Virus record (IMG/VR): IMGVR_UViG_3300037087_000281
DNA from: an uncultured virus (IMG/VR IMGVR_UViG_3300037087_000281)
Lineage: Duplodnaviria; Heunggongvirae; Uroviricota; Caudoviricetes
DNA: 64,000 nucleotides
Direction: 5' to 3' (one strand)
Shown here: positions 10,003 through 18,800 of the stretch, piece after piece
How positions within the stretch are numbered: the stretch's first letter is position 1
Layout: every line of letters begins with the position of its first letter
Translations under genes and position numbers: made by a program
The notes under the pieces: generated by a model
What the model saw: only the letters and a program-made list of their open reading frames with translations
The model's database searches: none
Told to the model about the DNA's origin: nothing

Positions 10003-10694
10003 TGAGCGTCGCCGTCGTCATCGCCAACTTGAACTACGGGCAGTACCTAGAGCGGTCCATTCGTAGTGCTCAGCAGCAGACGATCCCTCCTGCCGAGGTT
10101 ATCATCGTGGACGGCGGCTCGACGGACAACTCCAAGGAGATCGCGGAGAACCTATGCGCGGGGTGGATCGATGCTTTGCCACAGCGGCAGGCCAACGCAC
10201 GCAACATCGGCGTCCAGAGTACTGCCTGTGAGTTCGTCGTTCCGCTGGACGCCGACGACTGGATTGAGCCCAACTACGTTGAGCGCTGCTTGGACACGAT
10301 GCTGCGAGACGATGGCATCGGAGCGGTGGCTCCCGACTTGATCTGGCCGGACGGTCGAGTCCAGCCCACGACCCCGCCGTTCTCCGTGGACCGTTTCCTG
10401 CAAGGCAATCTGATGTTCTGCTGCTCGATGTTTCGCCGCAAGGCTTGGAAGCAGGTCGGCGGCTACGACGAGGCCCCTGCCATTTATGAGGATTGGTTGA
10501 TGTGGGGAATGATGGTCGCTGCTGGTTGGAAGATACTGCCATTGCGGGAGCCGTTATTTCACTACAACCCGCACGCGGGTTCCAGCACAGATCGGATGCC
10601 TGTGAATGGGGATGCTGCATATCGCATAGCGACCATTCAGAAGCTGAGTGCCCATGTTGAATGCAAATTAGCAAGGGAAAACCGGTATGCCTGA
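10002..10694 (+). CDS. Glycosyltransferase family 2
   Basis: NYGQYL...IIVDGGSTD...ARNIG...LDADD...GGYDE...EDW. Confidence 0.9.
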   Translation: MSVAVVIANLNYGQYLERSIRSAQQQTIPPAEVIIVDGGSTDNSKEIAENLCAGWIDALPQRQANARNIGVQSTACEFVVPLDADDWIEPNYVERCLDTMLRDDGIGAVAPDLIWPDGRVQPTTPPFSVDRFLQGNLMFCCSMFRRKAWKQVGGYDEAPAIYEDWLMWGMMVAAGWKILPLREPLFHYNPHAGSSTDRMPVNGDAAYRIATIQKLSAHVECKLARENRYA

Positions 10695-11223
10695 GCAGCA
10701 AGAGAGCGTCTGGGGATACTTGCCCCAAGCCAATCGTCAGGCTTTGGAGATGCTGATTAAAAAGCACTCCGTGAAAACTGTCCTGGAAATTGGCAGCTTC
10801 ATGGGACTATCGGCTATCTGGTTCGCTCAACGCGTGGATCATGTCACCTGCGTTGACCGCTGGTGGATGGATCACGAGCCGGATGATCGAGAGATCGACC
10901 GGCACTATCCAAGTCAGCAGTTCTGGGAGGCTTTCCACAGCAACTTAACAGCGACAGGGGCTGTAGACAAGGTTCTCGCGATTCGCGGTGACTCTAACAT
11001 AGTCAATGTACTTGCGCCGGAAGCCGACCTGGTTTACATTGACGCGGACCACTCTTATGATGGCTGCCGGTCAGACATCTTTTTGTATGGGCCAAAGGCA
11101 CGAAAAGTGCTGTGCGGCGATGACTTCGGGAATCCAGGACTTCCTGGGGTACGAAAGGCTGTGGAGCAAGTTTTCCCAGGCGTTAAGGTCGCAGAGCCTT
11201 TCTGGTGGGTGGAGAAAGCATGA
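10687..11223 (+). CDS. SAM-dependent methyltransferase (Methyltransf_24-like)
   Basis: VLEIGSFMGLS...DLVYIDADHSY...LCGDDF. Confidence 0.85.
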   Translation: MPEQQESVWGYLPQANRQALEMLIKKHSVKTVLEIGSFMGLSAIWFAQRVDHVTCVDRWWMDHEPDDREIDRHYPSQQFWEAFHSNLTATGAVDKVLAIRGDSNIVNVLAPEADLVYIDADHSYDGCRSDIFLYGPKARKVLCGDDFGNPGLPGVRKAVEQVFPGVKVAEPFWWVEKA

Positions 11224-12077
11224 AGGTTGCCATACTCAATCGGGAGCGGACATGGGAAGGCGGCGACCTCATCGCCATCGACGCTACGATGACCGCGCTC
11301 CGGGAGCTAGGCGTCGACTGCTGGTATGGAAATGCGCGCCCGTTGCGGGAGGCGGACCTGGTTCACATCTTCCACGTCAACTATCCTTGGAGCCGCGAGA
11401 ACTTCCGGCTGGCCACCGTGGCGGCGAAGCCCTACGTGGTGACGCCGACCTTCTACCCGGTTGACCGGGGAATGGCCCCGGCGGAGATGGCCAGCCACCT
11501 GAGACGTGCGGCGGCGGTCCTCCCCTTCTCACACACCGAGGGACACGAGATGCAGGCTTGGGTCGGGGCAAAAATCCCGTACACGCCCATCCCGAATGGC
11601 ACATCCAAAATATTTCACGCGCCTGATGGGGGGCCGGGACGAGTCGGGGTCGCTGCCGTTGCCGTCCGTGCGGATGATGGCAAGCGATGGGAGGTCATTC
11701 GAGATGCTTGTCAGGAACTGGAGATACCATTCACATTTCTTACGGGACTCTCGCGGGAGGACTTGGCGGCGGAGTACAAGCGGCACCGTGTGTTGGTTTC
11801 CTCCAGCTCTACGGAGCGGATGTCTTTGGTGATCGGGGAGGCTCTCTGTGCCGGGTGCCGGGTGATCTCTACTTCTGCCAACCGTGGCAATGAATGGTAC
11901 GGCCCAGGCCTGCAAACGATTTCCCCGGAAGGTTCCGTCGCGCTGTTCAAATCACATATTCACCCAGCTTATAACTCAGTAGATTGGGATTGGTCTCCTA
12001 ACACCTACGCAAGGAACCTTACATGGGACCTAGTCGCGACACAACTTTTGAAAGTATATCAGAAGGTGATATGCTAA
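11220..12077 (+). CDS. Glycosyltransferase family 4 (GT-B)
   Basis: GGDL; DLVHIF; SSTERMSLVIGEALCAGCRVI (E-x7-E). Confidence 0.8.
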   Translation: MKVAILNRERTWEGGDLIAIDATMTALRELGVDCWYGNARPLREADLVHIFHVNYPWSRENFRLATVAAKPYVVTPTFYPVDRGMAPAEMASHLRRAAAVLPFSHTEGHEMQAWVGAKIPYTPIPNGTSKIFHAPDGGPGRVGVAAVAVRADDGKRWEVIRDACQELEIPFTFLTGLSREDLAAEYKRHRVLVSSSSTERMSLVIGEALCAGCRVISTSANRGNEWYGPGLQTISPEGSVALFKSHIHPAYNSVDWDWSPNTYARNLTWDLVATQLLKVYQKVIC

Positions 12078-12664
12078 CGCCACAGCAGCAAGCTGAAGTT
12101 CGCTTTTGGCAAGACGTCTTCTGTGTCGAGGAGCAGAGCAATCAAGAGCGTTACTTGAGTCGCCGCCGAGGAGACTACTGCGCCGCCGAATCCTGGTTCA
12201 CGCCCACTCTGGCTCGTCAAGAAGGATTAGGGTTGGATCTTGGATGTGGTCTGGTGAGCATTTTGGGATTTCGTGGAACGCCGATAGTTGCGACTGATCC
12301 TTTGTTGTATGAGTACGACAAGACATTCCGTCACACAGGCAGCAGCTGGGTCGAGTACCGCTGCGAGAGCGGCGAGCAGATGAGCTTCCCAGCAGAGTCG
12401 TTCGACTATGTGTGGTGCATCAATGTGATCGACCATACCCCAGACCCGGACAAGATGGCGACGGAGATTCACCGGGTCTTAAAACCGGGAGGCAAGCTGT
12501 ACTTCTCGGTGAACTTCGACCCTGATTTGTACGCTCCACACTACCACCTATGGACAAGGGAGACGGTGGACCACGCGCTGCTCGCGCTCAAGATGCTGGA
12601 GGGGACGGAGCGTTGGTTTCCAGAATATCAGAAATATGTTTTCACAGGGATATTTTCTAAATGA
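12071..12664 (+). CDS. Class I SAM-dependent methyltransferase
   Basis: LDLGCG...SFDYVWCINVIDH...RVLKPGG. Confidence 0.85.
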   Translation: MLTPQQQAEVRFWQDVFCVEEQSNQERYLSRRRGDYCAAESWFTPTLARQEGLGLDLGCGLVSILGFRGTPIVATDPLLYEYDKTFRHTGSSWVEYRCESGEQMSFPAESFDYVWCINVIDHTPDPDKMATEIHRVLKPGGKLYFSVNFDPDLYAPHYHLWTRETVDHALLALKMLEGTERWFPEYQKYVFTGIFSK

Positions 12665-13377
12665 AGCCGGTAACTTTAGTGACGCTGTCCGGGTTTGCGG
12701 ACATCTTCACACAGTTCTGCGCGAACGTGGAGCTGTTTGAACCCGAAGTGCCGAAGAGCGTCGTCACTAGTCGAAGCCTCGTTCGCAGGGATATGCCGGG
12801 TTGGGAGGTGATTGTAGGGCAGGAGCCTTTCTCCTTCCCACGGAACGCTAACCTGGGAATCAAGGCGGTGAGCGACGGCGACGTGTTACTGATGAACGAT
12901 GACGCTCAGTTCACCGAATCTGGCTCCATCGAAAAGCTTCAGGAGATTGCCCATGCTCATCCGGAGATCGGGATCTTGTCCCCGCACATCGACGGCGAGG
13001 CTGATAATGTCTTCCAGACCGACCCCGCAAAGTTCCCCGGTGGTCTCACCTACTGCGAGCGACGGCTATGCTACATCTGCGTCTATCTGAAGCGAGAGGT
13101 CATTGACCGTGTGGGCTTGCTGGACGAGCTGTTTTCTGGCTATGGATTCGATGACCAGGACCACTGCCTGCGGGTGTTGCTCGCGGGGCTAACTCTGGCG
13201 GTGACTTCTGAAGTGACGGTCAAGCATGGATTCGGTGGAGTGGGCAGCAGTTCCAGCTTCCGTCGCACCCACAACAACCGTCACGCTTCTGGGGCAGAGA
13301 TGCAGCGGCGCTTTCGTAACAAGTGGATGACGCTTTCGATGGCTTCAGACGTAGTTGCCCGGTACATAAAGAGTTGA
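12661..13377 (+). CDS. Glycosyltransferase family 2
   Basis: FPRNANLGI...LLMNDD...VGLLDELF...DDQDHCLR. Confidence 0.85.
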   Translation: MKPVTLVTLSGFADIFTQFCANVELFEPEVPKSVVTSRSLVRRDMPGWEVIVGQEPFSFPRNANLGIKAVSDGDVLLMNDDAQFTESGSIEKLQEIAHAHPEIGILSPHIDGEADNVFQTDPAKFPGGLTYCERRLCYICVYLKREVIDRVGLLDELFSGYGFDDQDHCLRVLLAGLTLAVTSEVTVKHGFGGVGSSSSFRRTHNNRHASGAEMQRRFRNKWMTLSMASDVVARYIKS

Positions 13378-13379
13378 GC

Positions 13380-14225
13380 ATGGAACAAACTGGGGTCTCC
13401 ATCATCACGGCGACCGGAATGCGACCGGAAGCTTTCGGACTTTGCGCGGAGTTCATCCGACGACAAGACTACCGGGGACCGTTGCAGTGGATCGTTGTGG
13501 ATGACGGGGAGATTGCAACCAGAATCGACGACCTGCCAGCGAACATCTTGTTCTCACACATCTACCCGGAGCCGAAGTGGAAGCCGGGTGATAACACGTT
13601 GGCGAGAAACCTCTTGGCGGCCATCCCGGAGGTCTGCTACGACTTCGTCGCGTTCTGCGAGGACGATGATTGGTACGCAAGTGACTATCTCGGCCAGCAG
13701 GTGAAGTATTTGCAAGAGGGGTTCAAAATCGTCGGGGAAGTTCCCGCGCGCTACTACCACCTTCCGACTCGGCAGTACTGGAGGCTCGGCAATCGGTCTC
13801 ACGCGTCTCTCGCGCAGACGGTGATTCACAAGGATTTGCTGCCGCTGCTGAGGGAGATCTGCGAGGAGCCGCAGTCCAGCTTCATCGACGTGCGGTTGTG
13901 GGAGCGTGCCCAAGGGCGGAGAGCTTTCCACGGTGGCGCGCGCTCCGTTGGCATGAAGGGGCTTCCGGGACGCGCGGGGATCGGAGTGGGCCACCGCCCG
14001 CAGTCCGGCGTCGGGTGGGAGCCGGACCCGGACCTGGAGATCCTTCGGGATTGGATCGGCCAAGACCTGGAACTCTATAGGACTCGTTTTAAGGCGCTCC
14101 TGACTCCGAGGGGGTATAAAACCCCTACCCAGGCCCCTCCGACGCGTCCTAGCGATCCTAGAGGGGCAAGAAACGAGGTCCTAGGCGCTTCCGAGGAGCC
14201 AAAATCCCATCCGGACCTACTTTAA
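13380..14225 (+). CDS. Glycosyltransferase family 2
   Basis: VSIITATGMRP...WIVVDDG...FCEDDDWY. Confidence 0.8.
   Translation: MEQTGVSIITATGMRPEAFGLCAEFIRRQDYRGPLQWIVVDDGEIATRIDDLPANILFSHIYPEPKWKPGDNTLARNLLAAIPEVCYDFVAFCEDDDWYASDYLGQQVKYLQEGFKIVGEVPARYYHLPTRQYWRLGNRSHASLAQTVIHKDLLPLLREICEEPQSSFIDVRLWERAQGRRAFHGGARSVGMKGLPGRAGIGVGHRPQSGVGWEPDPDLEILRDWIGQDLELYRTRFKALLTPRGYKTPTQAPPTRPSDPRGARNEVLGASEEPKSHPDLL
14088..14184 (+). repeat. Fixed-spacing dispersed element, copy 2
   Basis: Same blocks at +57, +79, +91. Confidence 0.75.
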
Positions 14226-14291
14226 CGATCTCAAAGCCTGAAATTTACCGCGCCCACCAGGGGCAATTCAAATCAAAAGGAGAACTACAAA

Positions 14292-14738
14292 ATGGCAGGA
14301 CTATTCGCAAAAGGAACGGCCATCTACGTGGGCGACGGAGCATCTCCCGAGCACTTCACGAAGACGCTGAACGTCAAGAGCATCACCGGACCCGGCTTCC
14401 AGGTGACCATCGTCGACACGACCACCCACACGACCGTCGGCAACTACCGGGAGAAGGCCGCAGTGCTGATCGACCCCGGCAAGTTGAGCTTCGGCATCAA
14501 CTACGATCCGGCCGACCCGACCCTGGCACCCGCCACGGGCTTGTTCGAGCTGATGGCGACGCTGACGGAGCGGAACATGCAGCTTCGCTTCCCGCCCTCG
14601 GACACTCACCACAACATGATGAGCTTCAAGGGGTTCGTCACTGGCCACCCGTTCACCTTCCCCATCGACAACGTGATCGACAGCACCATCGAGATCACGC
14701 TGGACGGCCCCGTCTCGTGGGGGATGTTCACTCCGTAG
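14292..14738 (+). CDS. Major tail (tube) protein
   Basis: 148 aa; VKSITGPG...DTTTH...LIDPGKLSF...FKGFVTG; strong SD; upstream of chaperones and tape measure. Confidence 0.85.
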   Translation: MAGLFAKGTAIYVGDGASPEHFTKTLNVKSITGPGFQVTIVDTTTHTTVGNYREKAAVLIDPGKLSFGINYDPADPTLAPATGLFELMATLTERNMQLRFPPSDTHHNMMSFKGFVTGHPFTFPIDNVIDSTIEITLDGPVSWGMFTP

Positions 14739-14825
14739 GGAGTTGGAGGGAGCTCGTAAATCTTCTGAGGGGTCCTCGTGCGGCCCCTCAACAATTTCAA
14801 CCAGTTTTTAAATCAGAGGATCATT

Positions 14826-15245
14826 ATGACAAACGGCAGTACAGCAACGAACTACCCGACCGAGCCTACGCCGGTTACTTTCGCCAACGGCAAGGTGTAC
14901 CATCTCCGCTACTCTCTCGGCGCGGTGAAGCGGATCAAAGCCAAATTTGGAAAGACGTTCGCCGAGATCCTCGGGCACCCGCCGGAGGACTTCTTGCCGA
15001 CGGCACTCATGGAGGGGATCGTCGAGAAGGAACCGGGGTTGACCGAGGAGGTGATGTTGGAAGACCTCCTCACCGGCCCGATGATCGAATACGCGCAGCT
15101 GTGCTTCGTGGAAGCTTTTTTCGGCGTACAGCAGAGGCATGCAATCGACGCTCTGCTGGCAAAGAATCGCGAGGTCCTGCAAAAGGCAATCGGAACGGTG
15201 GCAGCAACGGCTCCGCCGCCTCCTCCGGACCCGATGGTCCAGTAG
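14826..15245 (+). CDS. Tail assembly chaperone
   Basis: GAGG then ATG 14826; between tail tube and tape measure. Confidence 0.7.
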   Translation: MTNGSTATNYPTEPTPVTFANGKVYHLRYSLGAVKRIKAKFGKTFAEILGHPPEDFLPTALMEGIVEKEPGLTEEVMLEDLLTGPMIEYAQLCFVEAFFGVQQRHAIDALLAKNREVLQKAIGTVAATAPPPPPDPMVQ

Positions 15246-15577
15246 AAGAAGAGAAGTTCTGGCTGGACCTGTGGAGCTTCGGCACGCAGGTCCTAGGGAT
15301 GGCCAGCGAAGAGTTCTGGTCGCTGACGTTCGAGGAGTACTTCGCTCGCGAGGCTCGATACTTGGAGCAAGAGCGGAGGTGGGACTTGCGCTTTGGGATG
15401 GTAGGGGCGACCTTCATCAACTGGAGCGGGAAGCAGCTGCGAGAGGGCTCTCCGCCGGTCACTGCTGAGGCGCTGTTTGGCTATTCGTTGGACGAGGATT
15501 CCGGCGAAGACTACGAGATGACGCCGGAAGACACAATCGAGCAAGTCAGGAAGTTTACAGCACCGAAGGGAATGTGA
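15246..15577 (+). CDS. Second tail assembly chaperone segment (-1 frame, probably frameshift product)
   Basis: LGMASEEFWSLTFEEY motif in the -1 frame; no clear own start. Confidence 0.6.
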
Positions 15578-15866
15578 GCTTTTTGGCTTGCCAGGCAGTA
15601 CGAAGATCTTCGATGCTGGGTTTTTCTGGAGTAAATGCCGTCCCACAAGGACGTACTTGCTCCAAGCGAATCTCCACTTGCTTTGGAACCACTACCATCT
15701 TGATCCAGACTTCGCAGACGGGGCAGATATTGTAGAAGCTCCGAACTGCCCCCGGTTCTAGGAGGTCCAAGTCACATTGGGCGTCCTTGCTCTGCCATCC
15801 GTCTGCAAGAATCGTATCGCAGACGGGACAAGGCATTGAGTAGTGGATTAAGTCAAACATTCCCAT
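15555..15866 (-). CDS. Small Cys-rich (CxxC...CxxC) protein, antisense within tail operon
   Basis: MGMFDLI...CPVC...QSKD..C...CPVC; CCGTATAAT motif just upstream. Confidence 0.65.
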   Translation of the reverse strand: MGMFDLIHYSMPCPVCDTILADGWQSKDAQCDLDLLEPGAVRSFYNICPVCEVWIKMVVVPKQVEIRLEQVRPCGTAFTPEKPSIEDLRTAWQAKKLTFPSVL

Positions 15867-15890
15867 GACTAATTATACGGTGAACAACTA

Positions 15891-18800
15891 ATGGAAGGCA
15901 GCGGCAGCACTCCACTAGCCGAATTACTGGTTAAGATCGGCGCGGACATCTCGGATTATACATCTGGGATCAACGAAGTCATCTCCAAGACTGAGGAAGC
16001 GGGATCGTCGCTGTCGTCTCTCGGCGAGGGGATGTCCGCTGCTTTGACCGTCCCGCTGACAGCTCTAGGAGCCGCCGCGCTGGACGCCTCCATCGAGATT
16101 CAACAAGGTTTTCGGGAAATCATCGTCAGTACCGGGGCAGTCGGCGATAGCCTCGCCGGTCTCAAGGAGAGCTTCAGCACGGTCTTCGCCGGGGTGGAGG
16201 AGTCGGCGACCGAGGTCGGCGGGGCTATTTCCACACTTGCCAAGTTGCTCGGCCTGGCCGGGGAGCCGTTGGAGGATTTGTCGCAGCAGTTCTTGGAGTT
16301 GGCGCACATCACAGGACAGGAAGTCGTCCCCATGGTGGAGCAAGCGGCCCGCGCGTTCAACGCCTGGAAGATAGCTGCCGACGATCAGGGCGCTTCTTTG
16401 GATTTCTTATTCAACGTTTACCAGAAGACGAACGCTTCCGTCACGGATTTGTCGTCGAGCTTGATGCAGTTCGGCCCCCAGTTGCGTGGGTTAGGCTTGG
16501 ATTTCGAGCAAGCCGCTGCGTTGATTGGTACCTTGGAGAAGGCCGGAGTTCCAGCGACCGCCGCCATGACGGGGCTTCGTACGGGCTTGAAAGACCTTCG
16601 GGCGCAGGGGATAGACCCAACGGTAAATGGTTTTGCACAGTTGATCACTTACATCAAAAGTGCCACCACAGAGATAGAGGGCCAGAATCGCGCTATGGAG
16701 CTTTTCGGGTCGCGTGGGTACCTTGCGATTTTCGATGCCATCAAAAGTGGTGCCCTCGATCTAAACGCGATGACTGCCGCAATGAAGGAGAACGCCAGCA
16801 CCATCGAGGAGACCGCTGAGACCGTGAAGACTCAGGGGGACCGCCTCACCGAGGCCTGGCACAATGTGATGCTAGCCGTTCAGCCAATCGGCGACGTGAT
16901 GAAGGGCGCCATGGCGGACTTGCTGAACACCTTCGGGCCGCCGATCATAAGCGCGATAACCGCGATGGCAGATGGGTTCCAGTCGCTGGACCCGCTGATT
17001 CAAAAAATCGTGATCGGTTTGGGGGTGCTAGTCGCTGCCGCCGGTCCTGCCATATTGATCTTTTCTAAGCTTGGCGGCGCGGCGGTGGTGTCCGCCCTGA
17101 CTGCAACTGCCACAGCGGTTTATAACGTCGGGTACGCGGTGGCGAATGGTCTGGAGGGGGCACTAACTGCCGGGGAAGCCGCGATGCTGGCTTTTGCGCA
17201 GGCCGCGCTAGTCGTGGGAGCCGCGTTCGTCGTGTTCAAGGAGATCGGAAACATCGTCGATTCGATCAAGGACCTTGGCAAGGCATTCACCGATAATCTT
17301 CCGGGGGTGTCCAGCTTCTTCTCCTCGCTCGTGGACGGGGCCGAGGGGATCGGGTCAATTCTTGTTGGTGCTCTTACCAATGCTTCGAAAGCGGTTACAG
17401 CAGCGGTCCCCATGTTATTCACGGGCGTATCGGGTATCGCTTTCTCCGATCTGCTCCCCGCAGGATGGAAGAAGGGGTTGGATGATTGGTACGCCGGGAC
17501 GAAGAGCATAGGGCAGGCTTGGTCCGATACTTGGTCTGAGATTAAATCTCATCCATTGGACTTTCTCTCCGGTCCTCTTGGGATGCTCGATGAAGCCTTG
17601 CGAAGCATCAAAGATGACATAGAGCGGATCGGCGGCCACTACACATCCATGACCGCGGCCACCGATAACTTGTTGAAGTCGAGGTTGCCCTCGGCGCCAA
17701 ACATGACCGGTCTCGGCCTCAACCCGGACGGCAGTGCCAAAAAGCCCGCCGATCAAGCTGCCGGAGAATCGACCGACGATTACACCAAGAGGAAAGCGGC
17801 GGAGGCGGCAGCCTCCGGCATGGCAGCCGCCCAAGCAGCTGCCAAGGCGCTGGACACGGCCTTGAGCGAACTGGGGGCGGAACCTCCCAAGATCGAGAAG
17901 CTCGCCGAGGCAATGGATTTGGTTACAGTGTCTTTTCTCAAGGGAAAGGTCAGCGCGGACCAGTTCGGTGAAGCCATCGGCGGCAGCCTCCAGAAGCAGA
18001 TCGATGCCCTCAACAAATACGAGGCCAAGTTGCCATCCGGGGCCACCTACGATCCGGCCCAGATGGAAGCTTTCCGCAGCCGCCTCAGCGACATAGACAA
18101 GCTGTTCGAGACAGGGCAGATCGGCATCGATGAATACGACAGCGAATTGCGCAAGCTCCAGGACGACTACGGTAAAGCCACCGGGACGAGTGTTCAAATC
18201 GCTCTTACTAACCTCGGCATTCCCACATTGGAAGAACTTACAAGCAAGGCCACCATCGCCAAACATAATGCGGACATCGTCATCGCTGACATCGGTGACC
18301 ACGTCGGCTTGCAGTGGTTGGCAGAACAGAAAGCGTTCACCGCCGCGCAAAACCTGGCGACAGGGGGAGGAGACGCCCGTCAAACAGCCCTGAAACTTTT
18401 GGGGATTCCATCCATCGAGGTGCTGAAAAATGCTGCCGACATGGCTCTAGACGAGGCTGAGGCCGTCGTGGAGTCAGAGGCAAGCACTATCGGAGAGAAG
18501 TTCGCCGCGCAGCAGTCCCTGTTCACCAAGACGGAGGCTGCTGGGCAGAGTGCAGATCCTCTTCTATTCGCTATGAAGCTGCTCGGCCTCCCGGATCTTC
18601 CTACTCTTCAAAACAACGTCGACAAGGCTCAAGCAGCAGTGGACGCCCTTATGTTGTCTGGTCAGGGAACCCTCTTGGCCAAGATGACCGCCGCGCAGAA
18701 CCTCTTCCTCGCTCAAGAAGCACAAGCCCAGGCGCAGGACCCGCTCGCAGCTGCGTTGAAGATGATGGGGGTCCCGTACAAATCTCCAGTAGAGCTCCAG

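Noticed and set aside
14766..14790. Hairpin after the tail tube gene as ribozyme or terminator
   Set aside because: No ribozyme core and no adjacent U-tract; likely a stability hairpin
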